IMG/VR virus record: IMGVR_UViG_3300036795_000241
Location: 11,684 to 75,683 of that record
Direction: 5' to 3' (one strand)
From: a virus
DNA: 64,000 nucleotides
In this document: in pieces, positions 38,686-48,576 of the stretch
Layout: each line of letters opens with the position of its first letter
Numbering within the stretch: the first letter of the stretch is position 1
Notes under the pieces: model-generated
The model's input: the letters and a program-made list of their open reading frames with translations, nothing else
The model's database searches: none
Told to the model about the DNA's origin: nothing
Position numbers and translations under genes: made by a program

Positions 38686-39231
38686 TTGCTGTATGTCGGA
38701 ATAGACCCGGGGTCGATTTACACTGGGATCGCCGTATACAACGGTACCGAATTCACGCTATGGTGCGAGACAAGTGATCCAACGGCTATCTTCGATTTTA
38801 TCGATGATCTCCGCGCAGTTGAACCGATACACGTAGTGCTCGAAATAATGACGGGTGGCGGCGTCCGCGACAAGCACATTGTCCGCACCATCGAAGTCGT
38901 TGGCTACGTGTATCACGGGTGCCGGGAACGCGATGTCCCGATAACCCGAGTCCCGCAGCAGTTGCGGCTATCCGCGGTGTCGCAATTGCCGGACGCGATA
39001 AAGGGAAAGGACGAACGGTCAGCAGCGGCACACGCAATGGCGTTTGCCGAACGGACGGAGAGAAAGAATGCTCGAGCAAGCCAGCATCGAGGTGCGCCAC
39101 CACTTCGAGGCCGCACACCGGCTGTTCCTGACGTCGGGAAAGTGCGAAAATATCCACGGACACAGCTGGAAAGTCGCACTAGAGTTGACCGGTCTGGTCG
39201 ACTCCGCCAACGGAATGGTCGGCGCACTTGA
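38686..39231 (+). CDS. RuvC-like Holliday junction resolvase
   Basis: VGIDPG..TG, VVLE, D...A.AH; 3' end overlaps queD. Confidence 0.75.
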   Translation: MLYVGIDPGSIYTGIAVYNGTEFTLWCETSDPTAIFDFIDDLRAVEPIHVVLEIMTGGGVRDKHIVRTIEVVGYVYHGCRERDVPITRVPQQLRLSAVSQLPDAIKGKDERSAAAHAMAFAERTERKNARASQHRGAPPLRGRTPAVPDVGKVRKYPRTQLESRTRVDRSGRLRQRNGRRT

Positions 39232-39568
39232 CTTCAGCGACGTAAAGGGTTCGTTCCGTACGTATCTCGATAACGAGTTCGACCACCGATTGCTACTGCA
39301 CCGCGAAGACCCATTCGCCGGTCCACTGATCCACAGCTTCGAACACGATCTGGTCTCCGCAAAGCCGGACACGGGAAAGCTCGATTCACTCCCCGGTGTC
39401 TCGTGCTTCGATTACGACCCGACCACCGAGAACGTCGCACGGACGATCGGCGTCTGGGCCAGTGACGAGTTCGGGATGAATGCCGCACTTAGCGCGGTCC
39501 GCGTAACGGTTCACGAGACGGACGTAAATTCCGCGACGTGGATGACGGCACTTACAGGAGAAATGTAG
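39068..39568 (+). CDS. queD: 6-carboxytetrahydropterin synthase
   Basis: FEAAHRL, C.NIHGHSW, DF..VK, FDH, PTTEN, VHET. Confidence 0.92.
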   Translation: MLEQASIEVRHHFEAAHRLFLTSGKCENIHGHSWKVALELTGLVDSANGMVGALDFSDVKGSFRTYLDNEFDHRLLLHREDPFAGPLIHSFEHDLVSAKPDTGKLDSLPGVSCFDYDPTTENVARTIGVWASDEFGMNAALSAVRVTVHETDVNSATWMTALTGEM

Positions 39569-40342
39569 ATGACAACTGAGGCTCCGGCCCGAGATTGGCT
39601 GCTGGTATCCGAGCAGTTCCTCTCGCACCAGGGCGAAGGGCCGTCAACCGGGCGGCTCGCGAAATTCCTTCGCCTCGGCGGATGCAACCAAGCGTGCCAC
39701 TGGTGCGATACGCCATACTCGTGGGTCTATGACGATCGACACGTCGCACTTCACGATAGCGGGAAGAAGTACAATCCCGCGGAGGAGCTCAAGCGGCATC
39801 AGATCGGCGAGATCACGGAATGGCTAGCCACGCCGCCATTCGCACCGCTATGCGTGATCACTGGCGGTGAGCCGATGCTCCAGCGCGATCAGCTCGAACG
39901 AATGATCAGCGCCGCGAACGAGGAGCTCAACTACCGCTTCGAAATCGAAACCGCGGGAACGATTCATCCCGGTCCGTTGCTGCTGTTCCAGAACGTTGAC
40001 TACAACGTGTCCCCGAAGCTGGCGTCCAGTGGCAATCCGTATAAGCTACGGTATCAGCCCGAGGTGCTCCGCGCGTTCGCCGAATCGTGGGCCACGTTCA
40101 AGTTCGTGGTCGATACCCGCAAAGGGATGACCGCGGAAGTGCGTGACGATATCTCGGAGATCCGGCGAATCATCCGCGACTGCGAAATCCCGCCGCGTAA
40201 CGTCTGGCTAATGCCGTGCGGAACGATATCGCGGGAAGTGGTCGACGGGATGCGCGTCCTTGCCCCAGTGGCTGCCGAGTCCGGGTGGAACGTGAGCACG
40301 CGACTGCACATTCTTGCCTACGAGAACCAGCGGGGGATCTGA
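39569..40342 (+). CDS. queE: 7-carboxy-7-deazaguanine synthase (radical SAM)
   Basis: S.QGEG...G....FLRL.GCNQACHWCDT, ITGGEP, IETAG, VSPK. Confidence 0.93.
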   Translation: MTTEAPARDWLLVSEQFLSHQGEGPSTGRLAKFLRLGGCNQACHWCDTPYSWVYDDRHVALHDSGKKYNPAEELKRHQIGEITEWLATPPFAPLCVITGGEPMLQRDQLERMISAANEELNYRFEIETAGTIHPGPLLLFQNVDYNVSPKLASSGNPYKLRYQPEVLRAFAESWATFKFVVDTRKGMTAEVRDDISEIRRIIRDCEIPPRNVWLMPCGTISREVVDGMRVLAPVAAESGWNVSTRLHILAYENQRGI

Positions 40343-40920
40343 TGCTCGATAAGAACGTCGCCGAAATGGAATCGGCTGTCGGCTGGCTTCTCGATCAGCT
40401 CGGTTACGACCGAACGACCCAGCACTTCACCCGCACGCCGCAACGCGTAGCGAGAATGCTTTCCGAGTACGCGAAGAACGGTAGCGCGGATCGGGTGCGT
40501 GAGCTGCTCGGCGTTACGTTCATCGAACCCGGTGCGGTCTCGTCACTGGTCCTCGAAGGTCCGGTGGACTACGTCTCGATGTGCGCGCACCACATGCTCC
40601 CCGTAACCGGTACCGCCTGGATCGGTTATCTCCCCGCAAAGGCGGTATGCGGACTCTCGAAACTGGCGCGCGTGGTCGATCACTATGCGCATCAGCTAGG
40701 CGTACAGGAAGTGATCACGCAGCAGATAGCGGATGCACTGGTGGAACACCTCGAACCGATGGGCGCAATGGTCGTGGTCCGGGCACAGCACGGCTGCATG
40801 TCCACCCGTGGCGTAAGGCAGCCGCAAGCGTTTACGACCACTTCGGCGGTCCGCGGCGCGTTTAAGGAAAGTGCGGCCGCCCGCAACGAGTTCCTCCAGC
40901 TGATGCAAACGAAGGGCTAA
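40342..40920 (+). CDS. folE: GTP cyclohydrolase I
   Basis: TPQRVARM, SMCAHHMLP, GLSKLAR, QE..T.QIA, HGCM..RG. Confidence 0.95.
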   Translation: MLDKNVAEMESAVGWLLDQLGYDRTTQHFTRTPQRVARMLSEYAKNGSADRVRELLGVTFIEPGAVSSLVLEGPVDYVSMCAHHMLPVTGTAWIGYLPAKAVCGLSKLARVVDHYAHQLGVQEVITQQIADALVEHLEPMGAMVVVRAQHGCMSTRGVRQPQAFTTTSAVRGAFKESAAARNEFLQLMQTKG

Positions 40921-40926
40921 GGTAGC

Positions 40927-41745
40927 GTGAAGCTTGCGCACATCGTGCCAATCACGATGCTTACTGCGGTCCCGCGAACCGCGTCGGCGCACCTAACGAT
41001 TACGAATCTCGTGCTTAGCTGTCCGCGCTATCAGCGATTCTATCGTAAGCGAGCGCACGCGGGTGACCTAGTCATTCTCGACAATCCCGTCCACGAGAAT
41101 CAGCCAATCGATATCGGTAGCTGGCTCGAGGCAATCTCGATGCTCGAACCGACGGTGGCGATTGTCCCGGACGTAATTGACGATATCCCGATGACGGTAA
41201 ACCTCGCGCGGCACGCGGCGGGAATCGTATCCTCGCGGAAAGCAATCCTCCCGCAACCGGAGCTAATGGCGGTTCCGCATGGTCACACGCATGAAGAGTT
41301 CTACCAGTGCGCCGCTGAGCTGATCAAGATTCCCGGGATAACGTGGCTCGGGATTACCCTGGAACGGCGATTGAACGATGATCAACTCGCGCTAAAGCGT
41401 AGGCGTGAACGGCTGCGGATGCTCTCGTACGACCCGCTATTCTCGGGTACGAAGATCCACCTTCTCGGCGTTTCCGAGACCGCGGAGGAGCTCGGTGACG
41501 ATTCCGTATGGGAACGCGCGGTCAGCTGCGACACTTCGAAGTTCGCCGTATGGGCGCTTACCCGCAATCCGGTTGCGCCACCGGTTCCGCTTAGCACACC
41601 GTATCCCGGTCGCGAGATATTCGGCGGGAGCTACAATTACTACTGGGCGCACGGTTTGTCGTGGCCGGACCGGCGAAAGTTCACGCAGAATCTCGCCGAA
41701 TGGTCGCGCTATGCCCAGCGATACGACAGGAGCACGAACGAGTAA
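40927..41745 (+). CDS. TGT-fold transglycosylase, probable DpdA-type 7-deazaguanine insertion enzyme
   Basis: ILDN, PDV, AVPHG, HLLG and SCDTS motifs spaced like TGT barrels; sits between folE and queC. Confidence 0.65.
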   Translation: MKLAHIVPITMLTAVPRTASAHLTITNLVLSCPRYQRFYRKRAHAGDLVILDNPVHENQPIDIGSWLEAISMLEPTVAIVPDVIDDIPMTVNLARHAAGIVSSRKAILPQPELMAVPHGHTHEEFYQCAAELIKIPGITWLGITLERRLNDDQLALKRRRERLRMLSYDPLFSGTKIHLLGVSETAEELGDDSVWERAVSCDTSKFAVWALTRNPVAPPVPLSTPYPGREIFGGSYNYYWAHGLSWPDRRKFTQNLAEWSRYAQRYDRSTNE

Positions 41746-43097
41746 TGTCTGGAATCTTTGCGGCGATGGTGCATAGCCAGAGCGTGCCCTCGGCGCCACT
41801 TGAGCGGCTGGTCAAGGGTTCGCAGAAGCGCGGTAACGATGGCGTTAGTGTCGTAACGCTTAATCGGTCGTTTAGCCGCGTTTCGCGGAATCGCACATGG
41901 TACGACGTTAACGCGAAAACGGGCCGCGGAGTATTCCCGCCGGGCGTGTATGGCGTTCTCGGGTGTGCGTATTCCCGTCCCGCCGCGGGTGACCACGTTG
42001 CGCCGCCGTTCATCAATCGCGCTAGCTCGTGGTGCGTAACGGTCGATGGGGCAATTACGAACTGGTACGGACAGCAGCTTGCCGAACGGCTCCTCGTTGA
42101 CGAGTACGAGGACTGGACCGAATTCGTCGAGGACCTCGAAGGTCAGTTCGCGATTGTCGCGATGCATCGTGACGACCCACGTACGCTGTATTACGGCTGC
42201 AAGGCTAAGCCGCTCTACATGCTTTACGACCCGATCATGCACGCCGTTTACATCGCACAGCAGCCGGAGTACTTCTACGGGATGTACGATGAGTCGCGGA
42301 CTCCCCGTCCAGTGCGGCTGGGCCCGTATTCCTGCGGCGAAATCGCAGCCGATGGAAAGGTCCGTCCGGCGCATCCGTTGCGACACCGTTACGGCTCCGG
42401 TTCGCTGATGCTTTGCGGTGGCGGTCTCGACAGCACCGTAGCCGCGTGGGATAATGCGCAAACGTATGCCGATGACACGCTGCTAATGTACGTCGATTAC
42501 GGAGCGCGGGCGCGCGTGAAGGAGTGGCACGCGACGCAGTCACTGGCGGCCGCAATGGCCAGCCCGCACAGCGGATTGGTCGGCTCCACTGAAGCGGTAA
42601 AGGTGCCCTTCGATTTCTTTCGTAAGCATGTCGCCTCGCCACTGTTTCCGGGTGGCAAACCGGTATCTGAGCACCCTCAGCCCGGACAGGCTACGGAGTG
42701 GGTACCGGCACGGAATACCGTACTAATGGCACTGGCGGTGTCGTTTGCTGAATCTAACGGTCTGGCGCGGATCGTGACCGGGATCAATATGGAAGCGGCT
42801 GCCGCGTATCCGGATAACGAAGAAGAATGGCACCGTCGCTGGGAGCAGCTGCTACCGTATGCGGTAGGCGATGGCGCACAGATCGACCTGGAATCACCGC
42901 TTCGCGGTATGTCGAAAGCGGACATCGTAAGGCTCGGTGAGACGCTAAAGGTACCGTGGGGCACGGTCGATAGCTGGTCCTGCTATAACGGCGGGAAGAA
43001 TCACTGTGGCCAGTGCTCCAGCTGCCGAGCTCGTCGTGGCGCATTCGTCCGCGCGCAGATTCCGGACGTTACGCGATACACCAGGGAGCCGAAATGA
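41745..43097 (+). CDS. queC: GAT-QueC fusion (7-cyano-7-deazaguanine synthase with Ntn-amidotransferase-like domain)
   Basis: GGGLDS, VPARN, YPD, SK.DIV, SWSCY....HCGQCSSC..R; N-terminal MSGIF/RG.D. Confidence 0.88.
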   Translation: MSGIFAAMVHSQSVPSAPLERLVKGSQKRGNDGVSVVTLNRSFSRVSRNRTWYDVNAKTGRGVFPPGVYGVLGCAYSRPAAGDHVAPPFINRASSWCVTVDGAITNWYGQQLAERLLVDEYEDWTEFVEDLEGQFAIVAMHRDDPRTLYYGCKAKPLYMLYDPIMHAVYIAQQPEYFYGMYDESRTPRPVRLGPYSCGEIAADGKVRPAHPLRHRYGSGSLMLCGGGLDSTVAAWDNAQTYADDTLLMYVDYGARARVKEWHATQSLAAAMASPHSGLVGSTEAVKVPFDFFRKHVASPLFPGGKPVSEHPQPGQATEWVPARNTVLMALAVSFAESNGLARIVTGINMEAAAAYPDNEEEWHRRWEQLLPYAVGDGAQIDLESPLRGMSKADIVRLGETLKVPWGTVDSWSCYNGGKNHCGQCSSCRARRGAFVRAQIPDVTRYTREPK

Positions 43098-43718
43098 CCG
43101 AACCGCCGCCGATGAGCCAAGAGTCCGCTCAGCGAGTACAGGAGGTAATGAAAGAGGTCATTCAAACGAACGACGCAATGCCCGGGAAGTACGTTATCTT
43201 CGTTACCGCGGATGTCGTACCGGACGACCCGCAGGCGATTGTCGAATGGGAATGGTACTGGCGTCCGATAAATCGACATGCAGGCGGCGGTTAATGCAAG
43301 CGGAACTGGTCCCGGTAATCGTACGCGTTCAATTCACGTGCGGGAATCACCTGACGCCACTCAAGCCGAATCTTATGCGACTTGAGTACCGATGTCCAAT
43401 GCGCGGTTGCGACACACTGCTACGAAAGGAAGAACTGCACCGCTGGAACTTGCACTTTACGAACGCCTTTCCCGAGGTAATCGTCACTGGACGGAAGGAG
43501 ACGTTATGCCGCTCGGAATCTGCCAGCCGTGTCAGGACGGAGCGACCGAGATGCTACTGGGCAATACCGAATTCGCTACCCGCCTGCACGAGCAGTGCCC
43601 CGGCGGTACGTGGTGTCTATGCCACCATAGCGTAAGTGGCTCCGCGATGTCGGAGCAGGATCAGCTACGACGCAACTTGACAATCCGGGATACCCCGGCT
43701 ATACTTGAGGAACCATGA
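43094..43718 (+). CDS. Three short hypothetical genes
   Basis: Contiguous ORFs, some Cys-containing. Confidence 0.45.
43677..43705 (+). promoter_or_regulatory. Promoter for the NDT-like/polymerase genes (CGGC subclass)
   Basis: TTGACA-N17-TATACT. Confidence 0.75.
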
Positions 43719-44080
43719 CCACGGAGCGCATTTACATCTCGCACCACACGGAGAAGCTGCTCATTCCGTTCAAGCAGCAGCTCGAAGCACTCGGCTACGA
43801 AGTGACCAGCAACTTCGACAGCGAAGATCTGGTCGAGCACGTTAGCGACATTCGCGAAAGCGATGTCTTCGTGCTGTTCTTGGTCGGGCACGGTGCCCAG
43901 CTCAATCGTACCGTCGAATTCGGTATCGCAATCGGTCTCGAGAAGGTGCTCGTGTGCATCGGTGACGCCTACGAGAAGGACTACCCCGGACGGTCGTTCG
44001 TGAATCACTACCGCACCACCGAGCAGTTCCTCGCGGCATGGCGTACCGGTGAGCCGGAGTCGGGACTGGTCAGTGCGTAA
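43715..44080 (+). CDS. Nucleoside 2-deoxyribosyltransferase / dNMP N-glycosidase-like protein
   Basis: IYIS, L...GYEV, DI..SDV.V, VEFG.A..L.K pattern. Confidence 0.65.
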   Translation: MTTERIYISHHTEKLLIPFKQQLEALGYEVTSNFDSEDLVEHVSDIRESDVFVLFLVGHGAQLNRTVEFGIAIGLEKVLVCIGDAYEKDYPGRSFVNHYRTTEQFLAAWRTGEPESGLVSA

Positions 44081-46607
44081 ACGCGCTACCGCAGCATCCT
44101 GCGCGGACTGCCCCGAGGAGGGACCTGTCTGCGTTGGCGGATTCGGACCGGAGAAAGCGCGGCTGGTCATTGTCGGTGAGGCACCGGGTCACGACGAGTG
44201 CCTCACCGGCCGTCCGTTCATCGGGAAAAGCGGTCAGCTGCTTAACGCCACGCTGCAGAGCTACGGGATTAAGCGAACCGAGTGCTTCGCCACTAACTCC
44301 GTAATGTGCGCCGTTAAGCCGGGAACGCGGCACCATAACGCCTGCTGGTCGCGGTTGAAGTCCGAGATCCTTTCGCGCGAGCCCGAGATCGTGTTGACAC
44401 TGGGCAAGGCCGCCTTTTCGGCGGTATGTCGCACTCGCACGCCACTATCGAAGACCGATGGAACGTTGTGGTGGCAACCGGATTTCGGCGTGTACGTAAT
44501 GCCGACGTGGCATCCCGCTGCCGTACTTCGCGGTGGCGCCGATGACAAGTTCTTCCCGATGATCTCGAATGCGATATGGCGCATTTCCCGGCTACTGGAC
44601 GGACGGGATAAGTTCCCCGATCCGAATGGTCAGCCGGGATACAAGTGGACGTTCTTCCGCACCGCCGAAGGAACGATTCGGTGTGCGAAGTACTACCTGC
44701 GGAAAGCCGATTCCTCGCCAGTGCCATACGTGATCTCGGTCGACACCGAATCGCGGTCCCCGGGTAAGCGTCCGCATCCGGAGCAGGACCTATGGCTCAT
44801 GCTGCAGTTCTACGATGGCGATCGTGCCGCGGCAATCGACATGATCACGAATCAGACGCCAGAATCGTTGCGCTGGCTAATGAAGCTAATCCGGCATCCG
44901 AATGTCGAATGGGTCGGACATAACATTGCGACATACGACACCCGGGTGTTCCGGCATAACCTCGGGAAAGGCGTGCGGGATAGTAGTATCCGCGACACGC
45001 TGATCTACGGACTCGGATTGAGTGAGCGCGCCAACGCGGTTGGCTTGGAGCCACTGGCCCGAACGTGGCTAGGTGCCCCCGCGTACAAGCGCGGTCTCGC
45101 TGAATCGGGCTATCGGCACGCGAAGGGTCCGCAGAACGAGCTGCAGTGGAAGCAGCTGGCGAAGTATGGCGTGGACGATGTCTATAACACGTACGAGCTC
45201 AACCGTATTCTGCCTACGCTGGTCCGCGATGAGGGTACCGAAGATCTCGTCAACAATATCATCTTGCCGCTAGCACTTACGTGCGGTAAGCTAAGCGGAC
45301 GCGGGTTCCCGATTGACCTCGAGCAAGGAAAGCGACTCGAGGAGCTTTGGGGCGGACGCGTTGACGATACGGTTCATCGGCTACAGGAGCTAGCGATAAG
45401 CTCCGGGTGGCCAAAGGATCCGAATAACGCTAAGGCGAAAGACGGTCGACTCAACCCGCGAAGCCATTTGCAACTGGCGCATTTCGCTCTCGACTGCCTC
45501 GGTCTTGCGCCGACCGATGGCGCGACAAACCGTAAATATAGCGGAACCGCGAAGAATCTGCACGGTCGCTCGCGGTCAATTGACGCCGACTTTCTCGTCG
45601 GACATCAGGACACCGAATTCGGACAGCTGATGACGCTGCTGCGGGTATACGATAAGCAAGTGCGCACGTATGTCCGCGGTATTCTGAAAGAGCTCGACCC
45701 CGATGGCTTGATTCACCCGTCATTCGATATTGCGGGTACCGCGACCGGGCGCCTCGTGATTAAGCCGCTGCTGCAGGTGCTCCCGCACTATGGTGCGCAT
45801 GCGCAACTCGAGGAAGAGGACATCGCAAAGGAAGTGCGGAGGCTATTCCCCGCGCGCAAGGGCTATGTCATCGTTACGGCGGACTACAAGCAGCTGGAGT
45901 TCCGGGTCGCGTGGATGCTGTCCGGGGACCAGAAACTGGGCCATGCCCTTACCTCCGGTGATATGCACGCGAAAACGGCTGCGTACATGTTTAAGCGTGA
46001 CGAAAGCATCGTGACCAAGGCCGACCGGCATGCGGCCAAGCGGGTGTCCTTCGGTACCGCATACTGGCGCTCCGCGTACACACTGGCGAAGGGTCCCCTG
46101 CTCGAGGTGCTCGGTGGGATTACGATACCCGAAGGCGTGCGAATCGCCCGAGCGCAGCGGTTCATCGACGACTTCCGGGCGCTGTATTCCGATTACTATG
46201 CGTGGCAGCTGGAATCGGCGGATAGTGCCGTGCGTAACGGTGAACTGTCCACGGTATTCGGTCGCAAACGTCGCTGGCCACTGATCACGCACGACAACCG
46301 CGAAGAGATCCGCCGGCAAGGCGTGAACTATCCGATCCAGTCCACCGCCAGTGATATGTGCTCCAGTGCCCTCGTTCGACTAGCCGATGTGCTGCCGAAA
46401 CGCAAGCTCGGATTCCCGCTATACACCGTGCATGACGAGGTCGTTAGCGAGATCCGCGAAGACCGCCTTGACGAAGGAATTGCCGCGATCGCGGAGGTGA
46501 TGTCGAACCCAGCTATCGACACTAACGGGGCCGTGTTTCCCGTGGACGCTTCGTACGGTCCGAATCTCGGCGATCTTACGGGATACCAAATAAAGGTAGC
46601 AGCGTGA
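44073..46607 (+). CDS. Family A DNA polymerase with N-terminal family-4 UDG-like domain and 3'-5' exonuclease
   Basis: CxxC, GEAPG..E...G.PF.G.SG, TWHPA; DTE/HN...D/Y...D exo motifs; DYKQLE, K...FG..Y, VHDE. Confidence 0.93.
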   Translation: MRKRATAASCADCPEEGPVCVGGFGPEKARLVIVGEAPGHDECLTGRPFIGKSGQLLNATLQSYGIKRTECFATNSVMCAVKPGTRHHNACWSRLKSEILSREPEIVLTLGKAAFSAVCRTRTPLSKTDGTLWWQPDFGVYVMPTWHPAAVLRGGADDKFFPMISNAIWRISRLLDGRDKFPDPNGQPGYKWTFFRTAEGTIRCAKYYLRKADSSPVPYVISVDTESRSPGKRPHPEQDLWLMLQFYDGDRAAAIDMITNQTPESLRWLMKLIRHPNVEWVGHNIATYDTRVFRHNLGKGVRDSSIRDTLIYGLGLSERANAVGLEPLARTWLGAPAYKRGLAESGYRHAKGPQNELQWKQLAKYGVDDVYNTYELNRILPTLVRDEGTEDLVNNIILPLALTCGKLSGRGFPIDLEQGKRLEELWGGRVDDTVHRLQELAISSGWPKDPNNAKAKDGRLNPRSHLQLAHFALDCLGLAPTDGATNRKYSGTAKNLHGRSRSIDADFLVGHQDTEFGQLMTLLRVYDKQVRTYVRGILKELDPDGLIHPSFDIAGTATGRLVIKPLLQVLPHYGAHAQLEEEDIAKEVRRLFPARKGYVIVTADYKQLEFRVAWMLSGDQKLGHALTSGDMHAKTAAYMFKRDESIVTKADRHAAKRVSFGTAYWRSAYTLAKGPLLEVLGGITIPEGVRIARAQRFIDDFRALYSDYYAWQLESADSAVRNGELSTVFGRKRRWPLITHDNREEIRRQGVNYPIQSTASDMCSSALVRLADVLPKRKLGFPLYTVHDEVVSEIREDRLDEGIAAIAEVMSNPAIDTNGAVFPVDASYGPNLGDLTGYQIKVAA

Positions 46608-47212
46608 TTATCTCGCCACTGAAGCTCGTAATCAGTGCGCTGGCGGCCATTACCGCCGCAATTGTCGGAAGCTTTTTCGGGGATCAAGGAACACTAATCG
46701 GTGTCGCCACCGGCAGCGTTGTCTCGGGTGCCGCCGCGGGAGTATATGAGCATGTCGCCTCGAAAACGAAAGGAGTGATCAAGTTTGCCCCGCAGTACCG
46801 AAAGCTGCCACTGGCTGAACGACAGAAGTTGCTAAAGCGAATCGCAATTGCGTCCGGGGCCAGTGTCCTCGCTATCGGAACCGTTTCCGCCGCCGTAGTC
46901 GTCATCCCCGAGTTGGCCAGTGGGCGGACGCTACATAGCCTGACCACGGGAAAGGTGGACTACGGATCATCGTTCGGGAGCAGTTCGACGGTATCTCCGG
47001 CCCCAGTGCCAACGATCCGGTACACCCCGAGCGCAACGCCAAGCGTTACCGGAGGTACGCAATCAGCAGTACCGACAAGCCCAGTGACGCCTTCGCCGAG
47101 CTTCTCCGCGACATCCCCTTCGTCCGTGTCGCCGACCTCGGCCCCGCCGATTATACCTTCGTCCCTCTCGTCGCCACAAGCGACACCACTGGAAGGAACG
47201 CCGACCCCATGA
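46604..47212 (+). CDS. Membrane protein with Ser/Pro/Thr-rich tail
   Basis: Three hydrophobic segments. Confidence 0.65.
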   Translation: MIISPLKLVISALAAITAAIVGSFFGDQGTLIGVATGSVVSGAAAGVYEHVASKTKGVIKFAPQYRKLPLAERQKLLKRIAIASGASVLAIGTVSAAVVVIPELASGRTLHSLTTGKVDYGSSFGSSSTVSPAPVPTIRYTPSATPSVTGGTQSAVPTSPVTPSPSFSATSPSSVSPTSAPPIIPSSLSSPQATPLEGTPTP

Positions 47213-47796
47213 TCGACACAGTTGAACTCGAGATCCCGGTTCATCTGGCCCCGGCAATAGCGATTCTCGTTAAGACCGCCGTGCAGAAAGGAAGCGACTA
47301 CGCACGTGACGAGTGGAGCAGCAACTTCTCCGATACCGCCGACCACTTCGGCATCCCGCGTTACGAATCGTGCGACTTCAACGAGATTCAGAAGCTCGCA
47401 CGGCTGAAGAGCCTTCGTACCGGCCGAAAGGTGCTCAACGAGTCCGTCGAAGACACGTACCGGGACAAGGCGCTTTACGCCATTCTCGCATACGTGCTGT
47501 ATCTCGAAGAAGTGGCAGCTAGGCGCGGGGCCGAGAACGAAGAGAAGATGAGTGGCTTCCTCTATACCGAGGCGCCAAGCGAGTCCGTACTGGACGGGGA
47601 GCTCCCGTCCCGCGCGCAGGTGTCCACGCATATGCCGATCGAAGGTGACGGGGTCGACGCCTGGCTTCAGCGGATTCGTGGCGACTTCGATACCGATTCA
47701 CCGCAGTACGCGCTGCTTACCGAGATGATGGCGAAGTATCAGCGGCGTGCGGAGGAGGGTAAGTCCCTTTCGGAACCGGTTATATATCCGACTTGA
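47209..47796 (+). CDS. Nucleotide-modification-associated domain 1 (DUF1599-like) protein
   Basis: K..DY....NF, K..RL, NESV.DT..D.A.YAIL. Confidence 0.7.
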   Translation: MIDTVELEIPVHLAPAIAILVKTAVQKGSDYARDEWSSNFSDTADHFGIPRYESCDFNEIQKLARLKSLRTGRKVLNESVEDTYRDKALYAILAYVLYLEEVAARRGAENEEKMSGFLYTEAPSESVLDGELPSRAQVSTHMPIEGDGVDAWLQRIRGDFDTDSPQYALLTEMMAKYQRRAEEGKSLSEPVIYPT

Positions 47797-47822
47797 CAGG
47801 ACCCGCGCCGGTGTGCTAGACT
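47793..47822 (+). promoter_or_regulatory. Primary-sigma promoter
   Basis: TTGACA-N18-TAGACT. Confidence 0.8.
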
Positions 47823-47839
47823 GGATGCTGTGAGAGGAG

Positions 47840-48568
47840 GTGGTCAAGGTGGCCGCAGATAACGCACTTGACCGCATTCAGAAGCTCCTGGCGAAGGCAG
47901 AGAGCCCCGCAGTTACGGAGCAAGAGGCCGAGTCCTTTCGGGACAAGGCCTTTGAGCTGGCTGCGAAGTACCGGATTGACCACGCTGAGCTTAAGGCGAA
48001 GGGCCAGGCGCCCTCGGAGAAGATCGTGAACCGGCGAATGCACGTGTCCCGCCCGTTTACGCAGATGATGCGCCTGGCCCTTATCGTGTTCGAGTCGAAC
48101 GATTGTTCGCTCATCCGCATCAGCGGGACCAAGGACACGATACACGCATTCGGATACGAGAACGACATGGCGAAGGCCGAATTGCTGTTCACCTCGTTGC
48201 TGGTGCAGGGTGCCCGGTGGTGCGCACAGGACTACCGCGAGTACCGGTACGAAAGCGAGGAGCGGCGTTCGACATTCCGGCGAGGGTGGTGGACCGGATA
48301 TGCGAACAAAGTGTACAAGCGACTGCAGGCAATTCAGCAGCGTGCGGAGAGCGAATCCGCCACACCCGGGACGGCAATCGTTCTGCGGGACCGCAAGCAG
48401 GACACGAATACCGCGATGGTCAACCACTACTCCGGAGCGATCAGCCGCGGTCGGCGGACTAAGGGCGTGTCCAGTCACGGTGGATACCGAAGGGGATCGG
48501 AAGCCGGTGACCGGGCCGACCTGGGTGGGACGCGGATGGGGCCCTCCGCCCGCGGTGAGCTGGGCTGA
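47840..48568 (+). CDS. DUF2786 domain protein
   Basis: LDRIQKLLAKAE......EAE....KA.EL..KY.ID; own promoter. Confidence 0.85.
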   Translation: MVKVAADNALDRIQKLLAKAESPAVTEQEAESFRDKAFELAAKYRIDHAELKAKGQAPSEKIVNRRMHVSRPFTQMMRLALIVFESNDCSLIRISGTKDTIHAFGYENDMAKAELLFTSLLVQGARWCAQDYREYRYESEERRSTFRRGWWTGYANKVYKRLQAIQQRAESESATPGTAIVLRDRKQDTNTAMVNHYSGAISRGRRTKGVSSHGGYRRGSEAGDRADLGGTRMGPSARGELG

Positions 48569-48576
48569 TACCCCGC

